DNA from: Lingula anatina
Taxonomy: Eukaryota > Animalia > Brachiopoda
Direction of reading: 5' to 3'
DNA length: 64,000 nt
Assembly: GCA_051362555.1 (NCBI GenBank)
Contig: CM120644.1
Coordinates: 6,704,954-6,768,953 of the forward strand
Shown one piece after another: positions 11,338-25,000 of this stretch. Below the pieces are notes generated by a model, which ran no database searches, was not told where the DNA came from, and was given only the letters and a program-made list of their open reading frames with translations. Position 1 is the first letter of the stretch. Each line of letters opens with the position of its first letter. Position numbers and translations under genes: made by a program.

Positions 11338-12260
11338 CACAATTCTGATCAATTCCCGTCTCCTCCGTACCTCTTATTCAAGTTTGATCTGTGGCGTAGC
11401 TAGTAAAGGATAGAGATCAATGACTATCACCACATAAGCATCATTTTAAACACGTTTAAGCACGTTCTGATGCTACATAAATGTGTATAAATTTGGTGAC
11501 TCCCAGTGACCTCTTGATATTATTGCCATTCTTTACTTCGATGGAAATCGTTTTGAGAAAACCATATTTGAAGGGATACATGGCCGAATGTTGTTAATTT
11601 AAACTAATGGTATAAGATATGGATATCCTCACCGGTATTTTGGCTTTCAGTAAGTCATGTAAAATTCGGCATATGAAAAAAAAACACTATTCAAAACGGT
11701 TTAAAGCTGCCATACAATCATTTATATAAGAATAAAGGTGGAACAAACATTTTAATCAAGAGTGTAGAACAGACATATGCGAGCCTTTATCCAAACATAA
11801 TATGCAACTCTTGGTTGTATAAACACTGTATAATAGCTACCAAAGTCCGAAGCAGGAATTGTTACCTCATATTATACTCCATAAACATATCTGATAAACG
11901 TATAGGATAAATCATTAGCCAACTTACATCTATTCAAAAGGGTAAAATATATGTAATTATCTATCCGAATATATGACACTCTTGGTTATATAGGAATTTC
12001 CAAAGCTGGGTAACGACAACAGATTCTACACAAATACAAAACATGTGAGACAAACATGGCAATTGTGCCAACTTTTCTTGGTACATTGTTTTTAAATGTT
12101 GCTGTCAGTAATTTTTGTATAAATTGTAGTGAGAATGATGGAATCGTCTTCGTCTAATATAACATTGGTTTTTCTCACGGTGTTCATGCATTTAGCCTAT
12201 ATAAAATGCATTTAGTACATTTAATACAATTCTATAACATTTATGCATAAGCTTATCTAA

Positions 12261-12486
12261 CACCCCATTTCCATAGATTTTTAGATCGATCTATCCATGT
12301 GGGGAGTCTCACTAGATTACTGTCAGTTTGGCCGGCTTAAGCGTCTGTCCCGCCTACTAAAAGCTGTAAGTGGGTAATTAACTATCGTGCCCGCTCGGCT
12401 GACTGCAATTTAGCGTGAACCCCCAGGGAGTTAGGTGGATCTAAATTGTAATCTTTAGATTGATCTAAATCTCTGGGAAAGCACCC
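12261..12486 (-). mobile_element. PIF/Harbinger MITE, subfamily A
   Basis: Reverse-complement copy with TAA TSD. The empty site gcttatcTAAaggtcacc is present in the paralogous segment at 20147-20149. Confidence 0.9.
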
Positions 12487-13045
12487 TAAAGGTCACCTTA
12501 ACAAAATTGAAGTACATCGTTGCCCTAAGCTATTTAAAAAAAATCCATTACCGTGTTGATTCAAATACGATGCTTAAAATCAACTTTTGGTCAGTATGTC
12601 TAAGGAACAGTTTAATATGATGGGAAAAGTAGGTCTACGTGTTTAAAGGTACTCTGCGCGTGATTGAAAATTCTCTACAGTCAGTCCGATCTTGGAAAAT
12701 CTGCATGTCCTCATTTTAGACACTCAAAAAGATAAAAATTCAAAATTGAAATTTTATTTTAAGTGCGTGTTATTTAAACCTTGTCAAGCAATTTGACAGC
12801 TCGCAACGTGTGTATTATACACGACACAGGGCTGCGATTTAGAACTGCGATTAGACACATACCATTCTAAAGGAAGGGCCAATCATGTTCAAGTAAATTA
12901 TCAAATTACTGGTACGGGCCAAGCAATCATTCATAATTAAGAGAAATTTGCATTTTTTGAAGGAAATTCATTTTGACGCGGAAATCCCGTATAGAGTACC
13001 TCCGAATGAAAAAAATTAACATTATTGACAAACATGGCATTCAGT

Positions 13046-15948
13046 TTACGCATTCCTGTCCTCAACTTTCAATACTATTGGCTTTTCGGGTTTCATTGGA
13101 TTTGATGTAGATAGAACCAGTGGTATTTGTGTCTCCGCACATGTCTTCAACGTGAAGTTCTGCAGGACCTTCACAAGGATAATCTTCATCTCGAGCAGGG
13201 CCAGACGCATACCAATACAGTTGCGGGGGCCCATTCCGAAGGGCATGTACCAGTAGGGGTTCCGTTTTGCTTTGGCCTCCGGTGTGAATCGCTCTGGGTC
13301 GAATTTCTCGGGGTCTGGATACTTTTCAGGATCCATGTGGATAGCGTAGATCGGAATAATCACGCATGTCCCCTTGGGGAGGAATAACCCGTTAACTGTG
13401 GTGTCTTGGTTCGGGACGCGATCTACGCGAAACCCTACCGGATACAGCCTCATTGCCTCGTTCAAGACCTGCTCAAGATAGGTCAACTTTGACACGTTAT
13501 CGTAGTTGGGTTCTGTGCCTTGAAGTACGTCATCAATCTCCTCAATGAGTCGTTGCTGGACGTCGGGGTGGGCCGCTAGGAGATATGTCGTAAACCCTAA
13601 GGTATCACTAGCGGTGCCATGCCCTGCACTAAAGAATAACATCCCGTTGCCGGCAATTTCCTCCGTCGTTAGAGATTTTTTCTTCCATTTTTGAACCTCC
13701 TTTTCGTCGTCCCCAATTTCGGTTGCTGACATGGTATGGGCGGTCAGCATCAACTGCAGGAAATCGTTGTAGTGTCCCTCTTGGGCTTGTTCTCTCTCTT
13801 TCAGTAGCTTTTTTGTTTCGTTGCCAAAAAACAGGAAAGACATTAATGCCCCACGGAATCCGGGAACGTAGCGAAGAATGTGTTGTAATTTTTTCATCAA
13901 TCGTGGAAAAAATAAAAAGCCAATCACTGCGGGGTCTGTCATTTTAAAACTATTAGCACGTTCGGCATTTGTAACATAGGGGTGGTTAGGGTTATTCAAT
14001 GAGTCAACCTCGATCCCAAAACCTGTAGCACATATCACGTCCATCGTGTAGCAGCCCCAGACTAAATTATCAAAACTCTCTTTAGCTTCGGCTTTCTTCT
14101 TCAAGTTCTTGATCAGGGTGTTGGCGCACTTCAGAATCATTGCCTCCATGTGTCGGAGTTTCCCAGAACTGAACGTTGGAGTCAACGTGCTTCGCATCTA
14201 GAACGATAATTGTGGGTTTTTTGTTAAGTAAATTTCATTGATATTTAATCACAGTAATTGGTGTCTCATTGACTTATGATATGCAAGATCGTTTTGTTTA
14301 AAAAGTCAAGTCAAGAAACCGCACATACTGAATAGGCCTATTGCAAGCATGTTTCTCCAATCAAAATAAAGACCTAGGGCTAACACGTTTTTTTTTTTTT
14401 TTTGTAATAAATACACAGATATGATAGCTACATATTTGAGTATGAATACACTGTTAAATATTTTGATCTGTCTCATTAAAAAGTTATTCGGGTTTTAGTG
14501 ACACCATAAGTGACACTTGTCATTTTTTCAGACGCCATTTTCAAAAATGAGTTAAAAGCAGCTCCACTCGATTTTCACCCACTTAGGCAAGAATATATAT
14601 TTTCTCAAACAGAGTAATGTTTATGTGAAGTAGGCCAAGTAATAGAATTTTGGACCACAGATATGTGTAATATGGGAAACACAAACTGTGTACAAAGTGT
14701 ATGCAATAGAACTTGACCTCATAACATTGGCTAAATGGGCAACAAGAAGGGGAAGATGGAAAAAAATCTGAAAGACAGGTTGAAAACATTTGTATTTATT
14801 CTTTTATATGACACATAATTAATTTTACCGCTCTATGCCGATTTTTTAAAATTACATAAAATAGTTTGACCTTAAAGATATTTACTTTCAACCTGTTCTA
14901 GATAGTCAAAACAGTGTTCATGAGGTAGAACCAGCTGCTCTTAGTCATGTGTCAACACGGATCAGTTCACGGAGCAGTACATTGTAGTTGCGAAGTGGCA
15001 TGCAATGTAAAAATGGGTAGAAGTCTGGGCTCTGTAACTCGAAAGCATTGCGTATTGCGAACAGCGATATCACATAGACCCCATTCCCAGAGATTAGATC
15101 GATCTACTTTAGATCAACCTAACTCCCTGGGGGTTCACGCTAATTAGCTGTCAGCCGAGCGGGCACGAAAGTTAATCACCCTTTACAGCTTGTAGTAGGC
15201 GGTACGGACATTTAAGCCGGATTATCTGACAGTAATCTAGTGAGACTCCCCGCAGGGATAGATATAGATCTAAACGCTCTGGGAATACGCCCATAGAGGC
15301 TACAATGTTTTATATGGGGCGAGTATGAGCGAGTTATGGAATCGACATGCCTGCGCTCTATGCGATGCGCGATGCTTTCGAGGAGGCACTTTTTTGGCAG
15401 TTTGTTTACACAAACAACTAGCGCCACCTATAAGTATTATCGTCTGTGGTCCCTGATATCAAACGTTATTGATCGACCTAGCCGTGATAAAACTATGTAA
15501 ACTAAAATGAGACAGCTACAGGTGAAAAAAAAAAAGGATTTATTTTACTTGCCTGTTTCCAGTGTTCCCCTCTCACTGAAAACACAGACTGATCCATAGG
15601 TGCCACAACTGTGTCCGGATCTGCATTCCGATCTGAGAAAATGCTAGCCTGTTTCACCAGCACCTCTTTTAACATGTCTGTGTCTGCGATCACAATGTCC
15701 CCTAAAAAGTTTCCAAAAACACCTGTAGACAACGCGACCACCTTGCCGTACATCTTAATAAGATGACGATCTAAGTTACAAACGCCGTACTTAAACATAT
15801 CTATCGTGTTCCCAAACACTGGCAATGGAGGTGGTCCTGGAAGGCCAAACTTCCGCCTGTTGTCCTTGCTGTAGTAAAGGTAGATGATGGTCAGGACGGC
15901 CACAACCACCACGACAACTAACCAGGACGGCAGGATGAAGAAATCCAT
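13046..15948 (-). CDS. Cytochrome P450, clan 3 (CYP3A-like), paralogue 2; 2 exons, 515 aa
   Basis: Exon 1 15948-15553, GC-AG intron 15552-14198, exon 2 14197-13046. All P450 motifs intact; nearly identical to paralogues 1 and 3. Confidence 0.95.
15077..15292 (+). mobile_element. PIF/Harbinger MITE, subfamily B
   Basis: ATA TSD. The empty site tcacATAgaggc is present in the paralogue-3 intron (22785-22787). Confidence 0.9.
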
Positions 15949-16371
15949 GCTAACGAAGGCTGCACTGCAACTATGACCTACTCTGTATACGTGCAAATAA
16001 AACGGGACTGAAAATGGCGACCTTGTTGTGTGAAGGGAGATCGGTGACCAGTAAATTATAACGGAGCCCAGCTGCAGTTATCCAGGGTCACCCCTTATCA
16101 CTCTATTTACAAATTGTCTCGACTTAATGTCTGCTTACTTTAGTCGATCACTCACAGTAGCTTGTTCAATTACTTGAACTGCCGACCACATCTAGACGTC
16201 AAGCAGTCAAGCAGTGTCTTTGAATAGGCGCACAAGGTTATCAAAGCACAGGACTTTAAATGTCTGCGCATGAGTAGGAGCAGCAGCAGCGTCCCTAAGA
16301 CTGTTTGAAAAATGCACGCCTGGCTTCCGTGGCTGTCACCTTGATCTAAAAGACCCGAAAAACTACAGAAA

Positions 16372-18437
16372 ACTAGAGGATCAGAGAGGCGATACCGCCT
16401 CCGGATATTGTACCACCAGCTGGAGTAAGGGCATTCGTATGGACCCCCCCTCCAAAAAGGGACACTATCACCAGTTTTGTGCTTGACAAGCTGTATAAAA
16501 TGCAATCAACAAGAGTTCTCAAAATATGCAAAAAAAAAATATATATATATAACTAAAAATGGTACAATCAAGAAGATTTTTGAATTGACTTGCATTTTTC
16601 TGCCATTGATCACTCCCTTGATTCTCTAGACAAAAGGCCTATTGGTTTTCCTTGAAATGTGTTGTCAGTGGTGCATATATGCTGACAAAAGAGAAAACCT
16701 AGGGGCAACAATGGGCACATCTCTGCTAGTTTTGAAGATATGGGAGCAAGAAAATACGTAAAGCTCAGTTCATGGTGAAAAAGTAGGTCAAATGTCAATT
16801 TTAAGGTCACACTTAGATTGCCAGTATATGACTTCCTATTCATGTTCAATAGTAACTATGGACCTATCTCTGCCAGTTTTGGAGATGAAAGGGAACGAAA
16901 ATTTGCAAAGTTCAATTCATGATGAAAAGTAGGTCAAAGGTCAAGTTCAAGGTCACACTTAGATTGCCAGCATATGACTTCCTATTCAAGTTCAATAGTA
17001 ACTATGGACCTATCTCTGCCAGTTTTGGAGATAAAAGGGAACAAAAATTTGCAAAGTTCAGTTCATGGTAAAAAGTAGGTCAAAAGTCAATTTTAAGGTC
17101 ACACTTAGATTTCCAGTATATGACTTCCTATTCAAGTGTAATAGTAACTATGGCCCTATCTCTGCCAGTTTTGGAGATAAAAGGGAACAAAAATTTGCAA
17201 AGTTCAGTTCATGGTAAAAAGTAGGTCAAAAGTCAATTTTAAGGTCACACTTAGATTGCCAGTATATGACTTCCTATTCAAGTTCAATAGTAACTATGGA
17301 CCTATCTCTGCAAGTTTTGGAGATAAAAGGGAACGAAAATTTGCAAAATTCAGTTCATGGTGAAAAGTAGGTCAAAGGTCAATTTCAAGGTCACATTAAG
17401 ATTTCCTGTATATGACTTCCTATTCAACTTCAATAGTAACTATGGACCTATCTCTGCCAGTTTTGGAGATATAAGGGACTAAATGTTATAATTTAGGAGT
17501 TACAATAATGCGCCATAAATTTCCTATAGAAAAAAATTAATTAAAATAAAGTAAAGGTCATTTTGGTCAAAATTTTTGAAATGGGAGGTGCTCTGTAGTT
17601 CCAGATGTTCAAATTTGATGAATTAATGTCATTTTTGACCACAAGTTGTCTGCCTCGCCAAGCCTTATGTTTTATTTTTCCGGGGTTCAAAATTTATTAT
17701 CCATTACCGTACTGCACATTTTGTTTTCACCACCAATATGTACTTTTTGATATAGCGTAACTTGAAAACCGTATGGAATACAAAAAAAACGGAGACCACT
17801 TCCAGTGTTGGGCTTTACATGCTCTACAAAATGCAAAAAAGAATAGGTCTCTAGCATTAACGTTTCCCGAATTAGAGACAATTTTCAGTTTCGGTATCTA
17901 ATGGCCGCTACTCCCGTAAAAATGCACCGATTGACCCCAAATTCACGGAGAGGAAAGATGACCCCAAGGGTAACACTTTCCAATAATATTATTGGTCAAG
18001 TCTGTCTGGTGTCTGAATAACAGCGCAAATAATTTTTTTTTCGTAAAAAAATTCGTTTTTTTGAAAATTTTGGCCCGTTTGACCTTGAAAGAAAGGTCAA
18101 AGGTCAAATCCAAGGGCATATTTGATATCTACACATATGACTTTTGGAAAGCCGTCTGTAGAAATTTTTCCCATAATTCCTTTCGTAGGGTAGATAATTA
18201 GCATTTAATTTTGCCATTTTTGGACAAGGGTGTATTGCAATGAGTGCCACACCTAGACCCCAATACCGACAAAGCCCAAATTTTACGTGGAACGAGTTGA
18301 GATTATAGGTGACCTAAATCCAAGAGATGGGTATGGCTGCCCTTACCGTCTAGGAGGAGAAGCGGTAACGGTGAGATGGCGGCGGAGCCAGAGGAGCCGG
18401 CGGAACATGCGGGTCGGGACTAAAACCATGTGTACAA
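16372..18437 (-). mobile_element. Non-autonomous Helentron-type element (HINE/DINE-1-like) with internal 146-bp tandem array
   Basis: Reverse-complement homologue of 38976-42172: subTIR, 3' hairpin and CTAG end. Inserted in a T-run without TSD; absent in paralogue 1 (cagaaaatgacc, ~8417-8428). Confidence 0.85.
16715..17480. repeat. 146-bp satellite array, ~5 units
   Basis: Unit marker gacctatctctgc (one variant) at 16861, 17007, 17153, 17299, 17445 (period 146). Confidence 0.95.
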
Positions 18438-20687
18438 TGACTGAAAATACCACGCTCGTGTAAGATAGGCAAATGCAAAACCCTGAACGAAATTGGTGGA
18501 GTATTTTGAAGCCTAAACAAAGTGATTGCTAACAGTATGGCGTAATCTGTCCTAAATTTGAGGTTCCGTGCTACAGTGCAGTGCATCCACTCTTTTTTTT
18601 AGTTAAGACAGCCCTGTTTATTCCCTTTTAGAAGAAAAATCTGCCCCCAAATTTTTAATCCAGACTTGGGCATCTTTCCGACATCACGCGGTTTTTTCTT
18701 CCGTTAAATGAGTAATTTCAAAACCCTGCGTTATTGCAACCCACAGTCGTGGATCGGTACGGTTCGTTTGTCAGTTGCCAACTACTTCCTGGTTTTCACA
18801 AGGTCTTTCAAAAAACTCTAAAACATCGTTATAATTGCAGCTCATACTTAAAGACACCCGGAAAATACTTAGATATGGGCATAACAGATTACATACATTC
18901 CACATGACAACGATTAATAGCCTCCCGGGAATTCTTTTCCCTTGACGCTCTTTGTCGCGCTAGCGGTTGATGCCGCATATATTTCAAAACAAATTGACAG
19001 CAAATTAAGCACGATTTTTCACCCTTAAAATCCGTGACTCGTTTTCATATCATGCTCCAATTATTTCTACAAGAATTCTCTGCATATAGATAAATTGTTA
19101 TCTTGTCGTTTCGTAAGAAAAAATGCTTTTCTCTCAGAGTCCACGTCTTTACTCCCGATCACCTCCAGCTAAAAATGACCACTCAGCTTCTCGTCTTACA
19201 CCACTACACGTCACTTCCGGCACAATTCTGATCAATTCTCGTCTCCTCCGTATCCCTTATTCAAGTTTGATCTGTGGCGTAGCTGGTAAAGGATAGAGAT
19301 CAATGACTATCCCCACATAAGCATCATTTTAAACACGTTTAAGCACGTTCTGATGCTACATAAATGTGTATAAATTTGGTGACTCCCAGTGACCTCTTGA
19401 TATTATTGCCATTCTTTACTTCGATGGAAATCGTTTTGAGAAAACCATATATGAAGGGATACATGGCCGAATGTTGTTAATTTAAACTAATGGTATAAGA
19501 TATGGATATCCTCACAGGTATTTTGGCTTTTCTTACCAGTAAGTCATGTAAAATTCGGCATATGAAAAAAAAAAAACACTATTCAAAACGGTTTAAAGCT
19601 GCCATACAATCATTTATATAAGAATAAAGGTGGAACAAACATTTTAATCAAGAGTGTAGAACAGACATATGCCAGCCTTTATCCTAACATAATATGCAAC
19701 TCTTGGTTGTATAAACACTGTATAATAGGTACCCAAGTCCGAAGCAGGAGTTGTTACCTCATATTATACTCCATAAACATATCTGATAAACGTATAGGAT
19801 AAAACATTAGCCAACTTACATCTATTCAAAATTTAAAGTGTAAAATATATGTATCTATCCGTATATATGTCACTCTTAGTTATATAGGAATTTCCAAAGC
19901 TGGGTAACGACAACAGATTCTACACAAAAACAAAACGTGAGATAAACATGGCAATTGTGCTTTTCTTGGTACGTTGTTTTTAAATGTTGCTGTCAGTAAT
20001 TTTTGTATAAATTGTAGTGAGAATGTTGGAATCGTCATAGTCTAAGATAACATTGGTTTTTCTCACGGTGTTCAATTAGCCTATATAAAATACATTTAGT
20101 ACATTAAATACAATTCTATAACATTCTGCATGAGCAAGTGCTTATCTAAAGGTCACCTTAACAAAATTGAAGTACATCGTTGCCCTAAGCAATTTAAAAA
20201 AATCCATTACCATGTTGACTCAAAGACGATGCTTAAAATCAACTTTTACAGTTTAATATGATGGGAAAAGTAGGCCTACGTGTTTAAAGGTACTCTGCGC
20301 GTGATTGAAAATTCCGTACAGTCAGTCCGATCTTGGGAAACCTGCACGTCCTTATTTTAGACAGTCAAAACGATAAAAATCCAAAAATGAAATTTTATCT
20401 GAAGTGCCTGTTATTTAAACATTGTCAGGTAATTTGACAGCTCGCAACGTGTGTATTACACACGACACAGGGCTGCAATTTTTTTGTGTGTTATGATGTG
20501 AAAAGTAGGCTATTCCCGGTGAAGGTCTGAGAAGACACATACCATTCTAAAGGAAGGGCCAATCATGTTCAAGTAAATAATCAAATTACAGGTACGGGCC
20601 AAGGAAATTAATTTTGGTGGGGAAATCCCGTATAGAGTGCCTCCGAATGAAAAAAAATTAACATTATTGACAAACATGGCATTCAAT

Positions 20688-22038
20688 TTACGCATTTCTA
20701 CCCTCTACTTTCAATACTATTGGCTTTTCGGATTTCATTGGATTTGATGTAGAGAGAACCAGTGGGATTTGTGTCTCCGCGCATGTCTTCAAAGTGAAGT
20801 TCTGCAGGACCTTCACAAGGATAATCTTCATCTCCAGCAGGGCCAGACGCATACCAATACAGTTGCGGGGGCCCATTCCGAAGGGCATGTACCAGTAGGG
20901 GTTCCGTTTTGCTTTGGCCTCCGGTGTGAATCGCTCTGGGTCGAATTTCTCGGGGTCTGGATACTTTTCAGGATCCATGTGGATAGCGTAGATCGGAATA
21001 ATCACGCATGTCCCCTTGGGGATGAATAACCCGTTTACTGTGGTGTCTTGGTTCGGGACGCGATCTACGCGAAACCCTACGGGATACAGCCTCATTGCCT
21101 CGTTTAAGACCTGCTCTAGATAGGTCAACTTTGACACGTTGTCGTAGCTGGGTTCCGTGCCTTGAAGAACGTCATCAATCTCCTCGATGAGTCGTTGCTG
21201 GACGTCGGGGTGGGCCGCTAAGAGATATGTCGTAAACCCCAAGGTATCACTTGTGGTGCCATGCCCTGCACTAAAGAATATCATCCCGTTGCCGGCAATT
21301 TCCTCGGTCGTTAGAGATTTTTTCTTCCAACTTTGAACCTCCTTTTCGTCGTCCCCAATTTCGGTTGCTGACATGGTATGGGCGGTGAGCATCAACTGTA
21401 GAAAATCGTTGTAGTGTCCCTCTTGGGCTTGTTCTCTCTCTTTCAGTAGCTTTTTTGTTTCGTTGCCAAAAAATAGGAAAGACATTAATGCCCCACGGAA
21501 TCCGGGAACGTAGCGAAGAATGTGTTGTAATTTTTTCATCAATCGTGGAAAAAATAAAAAGCCAATCACTGCGGGGTCTGTCATTTTAAAACTATTAGCA
21601 CGCTCGGCATTTGTAACATAGGGGTGGTTAGGGTTATTCAATGAGTCAACCTCGATCCCAAAAGCTGTAGCACATATCACGTCCATCGTGTAGCAGCCCC
21701 AGACTAAGTTATCAAAACTCTCTTTAGCTTCGGCTTTCTTCTTCAAGTTCTTGATCAAGGTGTTGGCGCACTTCAGAATCATTGCCTCCATGTGTCGGAG
21801 TTTCCCAGAACTGAACGTTGGAGTCAACGTGCTTCGCATCTAGAACGATAATTGTGGGTTTTTTGTTAAGTAAATTTCATTGATATTTAATCACAGTAAT
21901 CAATGACTCATTGACTTATGATATGCAAGATCGTTTTGTTTAAAAAGTAAAGTCAAGTCAAGAAACCGCACATACTGAATAGGCCTATTGCAAGAATGTT
22001 TCTTTAATCAAAATAAACACGTAGAGCTAACACGTTTT

Positions 22039-22073
<35 letters not shown>

Positions 22074-25000
22074 CAGACATGATAGCTACATATCTTAGTA
22101 TGAATACACCGTTAAAAATCTTGATCTGTCTCATTTAAATTAAAAAAAGTTATTCCTGTTTTAGTGACACCATAAGTGATTTTTTTCAGACGCCATTTTC
22201 AAAAACGAGTTAAAAGCAGCTCCACTCGATTTTCACACACTAAAAAAAGAAACTTGAAACTTGTCACATTATAAGTGAGCTAGGCAAGAATATACTGTTT
22301 AAATGCTAATTTTAGAATTTTCTTTTCCAAACAGAGCAATGTTCATGTGAAGTAGGCAAAGTAATAGAATTTTGGACCACAGATATGTGTAATATGGGAA
22401 ACACAAACTGTGTACGCAATAGAACTCGACCTCATAACATTGGCTGAATGGGCAACAAGAAGGGGAAGATGGGTAAAAAAATGAAAGACTGGTTGAAAAC
22501 ATTTGTATTTGTTCTTTTATATGACACATAATTCATTTTACCGCTCTATGCCGACTTTTAAAAATTATATAAAATAGTTTGACCTTAAAGATATTTATTT
22601 TCAACTTGTTCTAGATCGTCAAAACAGTATTCATGAACCAGCTGCTCTTAGTCATGTGTCAACACGGATCAGTTCACGGAGCAGTACATTGTAGTTGCGA
22701 AGTGGCATGCAATGTAAAAATGGGTAGAAGCCTGGGCTTTGTAACTCGAAAGCATTGCATATTGCGAACAGCGATCGATATCACATAGAGGCTACAGTGT
22801 TTTATATGGGGCGAGTACGAGAGAGTTATGGAATCGATACCCTTGCGCTCGGTGGCAATGCGCCATGCTTTCGAAGAGGCACTTCTTTGGCAGTTTGTTT
22901 ACACAAATGTAGCGGTGCACTTCCTCAGCAATCCAGTACAACAACGCTGTGCTTTCTTTTTTCATAAATTTAATAGGTTAACGATATATAAGCTACTAAG
23001 CAGTGCACAAGCTGCGCAGCGTCTGCTACGCCGCCATGTTTCTTTTCCCTCGACATTACCCCGGTTTATGCACACCGGCACTATATTTACCCCGTTACAT
23101 GCCTCCCCGGGCAGATAAGACTCGTCCCGAGTCTCCAACCTAGTAACTACCGATTATAACTAAGTCCCAACACACTTAATCAACACTGGGTCTAAATCCT
23201 TGAAAAAGTTCACAACATTAATATCAACACTATTAACAGTAAAATTCCAGATGAAATGTCTCTTTTAACAGTAAAAGTTCCAGTTAAAATGTTTTTTTTT
23301 TTTTTAATCCTCTGTCAAAACAACTAACTTGTCCAACATTAACGTGCATATAAACAACAACAATCATAACTGATGAAACCCACAAAATGCCATTCATAAG
23401 AGTTAATCTGCATTAATCTGTTAGTAGCCATCTCCAATAGCTGCCACAAAGTCTCTGTATTTGGTGGGTCGCCGCACCACTCTTCCTGATCGGGTTGTGA
23501 CCAAGGGTTCTCCACTGTCCTGCGAAGCTCCCTTGTCCTTTCCAGCGTCTACAGTCGCTTCTTCTGTCTTTTCTTCCACTGGGATGTGCTCCTCTCCCTC
23601 ACAACAGGCAGTAGCCTCCGGCGCTGCAAACGAATTTCTACTGGTATGTACAATGTAACCTTCTGCTGGAAGTACAGGGGCAAGACGAAGTTGCTCTTGA
23701 AAAATGTTGGGTCTAGGTACATGTATTTTTGATTCATCTTCCTCCGTCACATAGTCTGAATCTGCTTGAAGTGGGTTAGGTATCCTTGGTGCCTCATAGG
23801 GTTTCAGTCTGTTGTGGTGTACAACCATTTTCTTCTTCGTCACCTCATGTTGTATGCGGTAAGTGACACCTGGCATGCCCTCTGCATTCTGGAATCTTTT
23901 CTTCACAATATAAGGCCCTTCCCAAGGAAGTGCTAGTTTTCTGTGCCTTGTTTTGGACACCATGACTAGTAACCACACTTTGTCACCCTCTCTATATGGG
24001 TGATGATGAGCCCATTTATCATACACCTTTCTTTGCCTCTCCTGTGCCAGGGCTGTATGCTCTTTGGTTGTATCAAAGGCCGCCTGTAGTTCGTTGTGTA
24101 TTTCCTTTGCGTAAAACCCAGCCTGCTTCCAATACTGTGGTGTTGGTGTACCATAAATGATGTCTGGTGGCAAACGTGGTTCTCTTCCATGCATAAGGAA
24201 AAATGGTGAGAATCCTGTACTCTCGTGAACACTAGCATTGTACGCCAAGGCAAGTGGCCCTAATTTTAGGTCCCAGTCTTTACAGTCTTCCTGTGATGTT
24301 TTGGCGATCATGTTCTTTAGCGTCTTATTGAAACGTTCCACCATGCCATTTCCCTGGGGGTGGTATGATGTTGTTCTTGATTTGTAGATCTGTAGCAGGG
24401 CACATAACTCATGACACAGACCTGCCTCAAACTGACGACCTTGGTCAGAGTGGAGACTCTCCGGGACGCCATGCTCCCTGACATACTCCCTAAATAATAT
24501 GTCAGCTACAGTCTGGGCCGTTTGATCTTTCATTGGATAAACATTGACATATTTAGTGAAATGGTCCTCTACTACCAAAACATACTTGTTTCCCCGGGAT
24601 GTTGCAGGCAATTCTGTAATGTCTGTGCAAACCAACTCTAAGGGTCTACTACTTGAAATACTTTCCATGGGTGCTCGCATGGCTGGCAGGGGTTTCCGTC
24701 TGCCCACACAACCGGGACAGGTTCTACAATAGTCATGCGTCTCTTGCATCATTCCGGGCCAATAAAATCTCTCCTGAAGCTTCCTGAGAGTTTTGTTTCT
24801 GCCTAAATGGCCACCTCCTGCTGTCAGTGAATGTATGTCATGTAATGCCGATAGACGTAGACCTGGTGGCATTACCTGACGATAGATCACCTTATCACGT
24901 TTTGGAATCTGCCACTGGTAACACAGTGTTTCGTTAACAATGGATAAATTTTCAAAATGTCTCCAGAAGGTTCGTAACACGCGTCCTTGGTTCTTAATTT

